The notes under the pieces: model-generated | The model's database searches: none | What the model was told of the DNA's origin: nothing | Seen by the model: the letters and a program-made list of their open reading frames with translations, nothing else | Assembly: GCF_004010195.1 (NCBI RefSeq) | Contig: NC_057719.1 | Location: 4,495,464 to 4,559,463 of the forward strand | Source of the DNA: Chiloscyllium plagiosum | Lineage: Eukaryota | Length of the DNA stretch: 64,000 bases | Reading direction: 5' to 3' | Position numbers and translations under genes: made by a program | In this document: one piece after another, positions 62,445-64,000 of the stretch | Layout: the number at the start of each line of letters is the position of its first letter | Numbering within the stretch: position 1 is the stretch's first letter

Positions 62445-64000
62445 GGGGGTGGGGTGGCCATGTTGGTAAGGGATGATATTCAGTCCATTGCGCAGGAGGA
62501 CCTAGAATCAGGGGATGTAGAGTCAGTGTGGATAGAGCTGAGATATTCTAAGGGTAAAAAGACCCTCTTGGGAGTTATCCACAGGCCCCCAAACAGTAGT
62601 CTGGATCACCTCAAGAAAGAGATTTTGTGGAGTGCCTCCAAGATGGTTTCTTAGAACAGCTGGTGCTGGAGCCTACCAGGGAGAAGGCAATTCTGGATCT
62701 CGTATTGTGCAACGAACCAGAATTGATCAGGGACCTCGAAGCAAAGGAGCCATTGGGACGTAGTGACCATAATACAATAAGCTTCAATCTGCAATTTGAA
62801 AGGGAGAGGGTACAATCGGAAGTGACAATATTTCTGTTGAATAAAGGGAANNNNNNNNTGGAGGAACAATGGCAGATATTTCTGTGTATAATGCAGAAGA
62901 TGCAGGATCAGTTCATTCCAAAAAGGAAGAAAGATCCTATGAGGAGGCAGGGATGGCCATGGCTGACGGGGGAAGTTAAGAAACATATAAAGTTAAAAGA
63001 GAAAAAGTATAACATAGCAAAGATAAGTGGGAAAACGGAGGACTGGGAAGCTTTTAAAGGACAACAGAGGATTACTAAGAAAGAAATAAGTAGAGAAAAA
63101 AAAATGAGGTACGAAGGTAAACTGACCAAAAATATAAAGGATGATAGTAAAAGCTTTTTTAGGTATGTGAAAGACAAAAAAATGGTTAAGATTAAAATTG
63201 GGCCCTTGAAGACAGAAACAGGGGAATATATTACAGGGAACAAAGAAATGGCAGAAGAATTGAATTGGTACTTCAGATCTGTGTTCACTGGGGAAGACAC
63301 AAGCAATCTCCCTGAGGTAACATTGGCTGAAGGACCTGAACTTAAGGGATTTTATATTTGCCAGGAATTGGTGTTGGAGAGACTTTAGGTCTGAAGGTTG
63401 ATAAGTCCCCAGGGCCTGATGGTCTACATCCCAGGGTACTGAAGGAGGTGGCTCGAGAAATCGTGGATGCGTTGGTGATTATTTTCCAGGGTTCGATAGA
63501 TTTGGGATCAGTTCCTGCAGATTGGAGGGTGGCTAATGTTGTACCATTTTTTAAAGAAAGGTGAGAGAGAAAGGAGGAAATTATAGACCAGTTAGTCTGA
63601 CCTCAGTCGTGGGAAAGATGCTGAGTCTATTATAAAGGATGAAATTACGACACATCTGGATAGTAGTAACAGGATAGGTCAGAGTCAGCATGGATTCATG
63701 AAGGGGAAATCATGCTTGACTAATCTTCTGGAATTTTGAGGATGTAACTCTGAAGATGGACAAGGGAGATCCAGTAGATGTAGTGTATCTGGACTTTCAA
63801 AGCTTTTGATAAAGTCCCACATGGGAGGTTAGTGAGCAAAATTAGGGTGCATGGTATTGGGGGCAAGGTACTAACTTGGATTGAAAGTTGTTTGGCTGAT
63901 AGGAAACAGTAGTGATAAACAGCTCCATTTTGGAATGGCAGGCAGTGACCAGTGGGGTATCACAGGGATCAGTGCTGGGACTGCAGCTTTTTACAATATA
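62445..64000 (+). mobile_element. CR1 LINE ORF2 (APE to RT), runs off the window
   Basis: ESVWIEL, LDLVLCNE, SDHN, KSPGPDGLHPRVLKE, QHGF and YLDF. Confidence 0.93.

Noticed and set aside
1..64000. CRISPR arrays, operons, rRNA or other prokaryotic systems
   Set aside because: Vertebrate intron-exon DNA; no regularly spaced repeat-spacer array or rRNA-like sequence seen.

Overview
Eukaryotic genomic DNA, most likely from a shark or other elasmobranch (HE1-type SINEs, CR1-clade LINEs), with three assembly gaps (26897-27396, 29023-29797, 62851-62858). The one well-supported gene is ANGEL1 on the minus strand. Eight coding exons run from the ATG at 26790, inside a CpG island, down to 4930. All have GT-AG boundaries and consistent phases. 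The final exons lie left of the window. Most of the rest is transposon-derived: decayed CR1/L2 LINEs, about ten HE1 SINEs, an internally deleted Gypsy LTR element split by a young CR1, Penelope GIY-YIG fragments, a TA-flanked MITE and a Harbinger fragment. The main observations are these. (i) Many short, TSD-flanked, often palindromic Penelope-derived inserts from several families carry minimal hammerhead-ribozyme cores. (ii) ANGEL1 exon 2 encodes a Trp repeat array with a period of about 16 aa, and exon 7 retains the eIF4E-binding motif. (iii) There is a candidate RFX/CRE-driven first exon of a divergent plus-strand gene near 43.1 kb. (iv) A 1.26-kb near-identical duplication looks like a mis-assembly. 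Repeat boundaries are approximate unless a TSD is quoted. All homology calls are by eye, with no database search.
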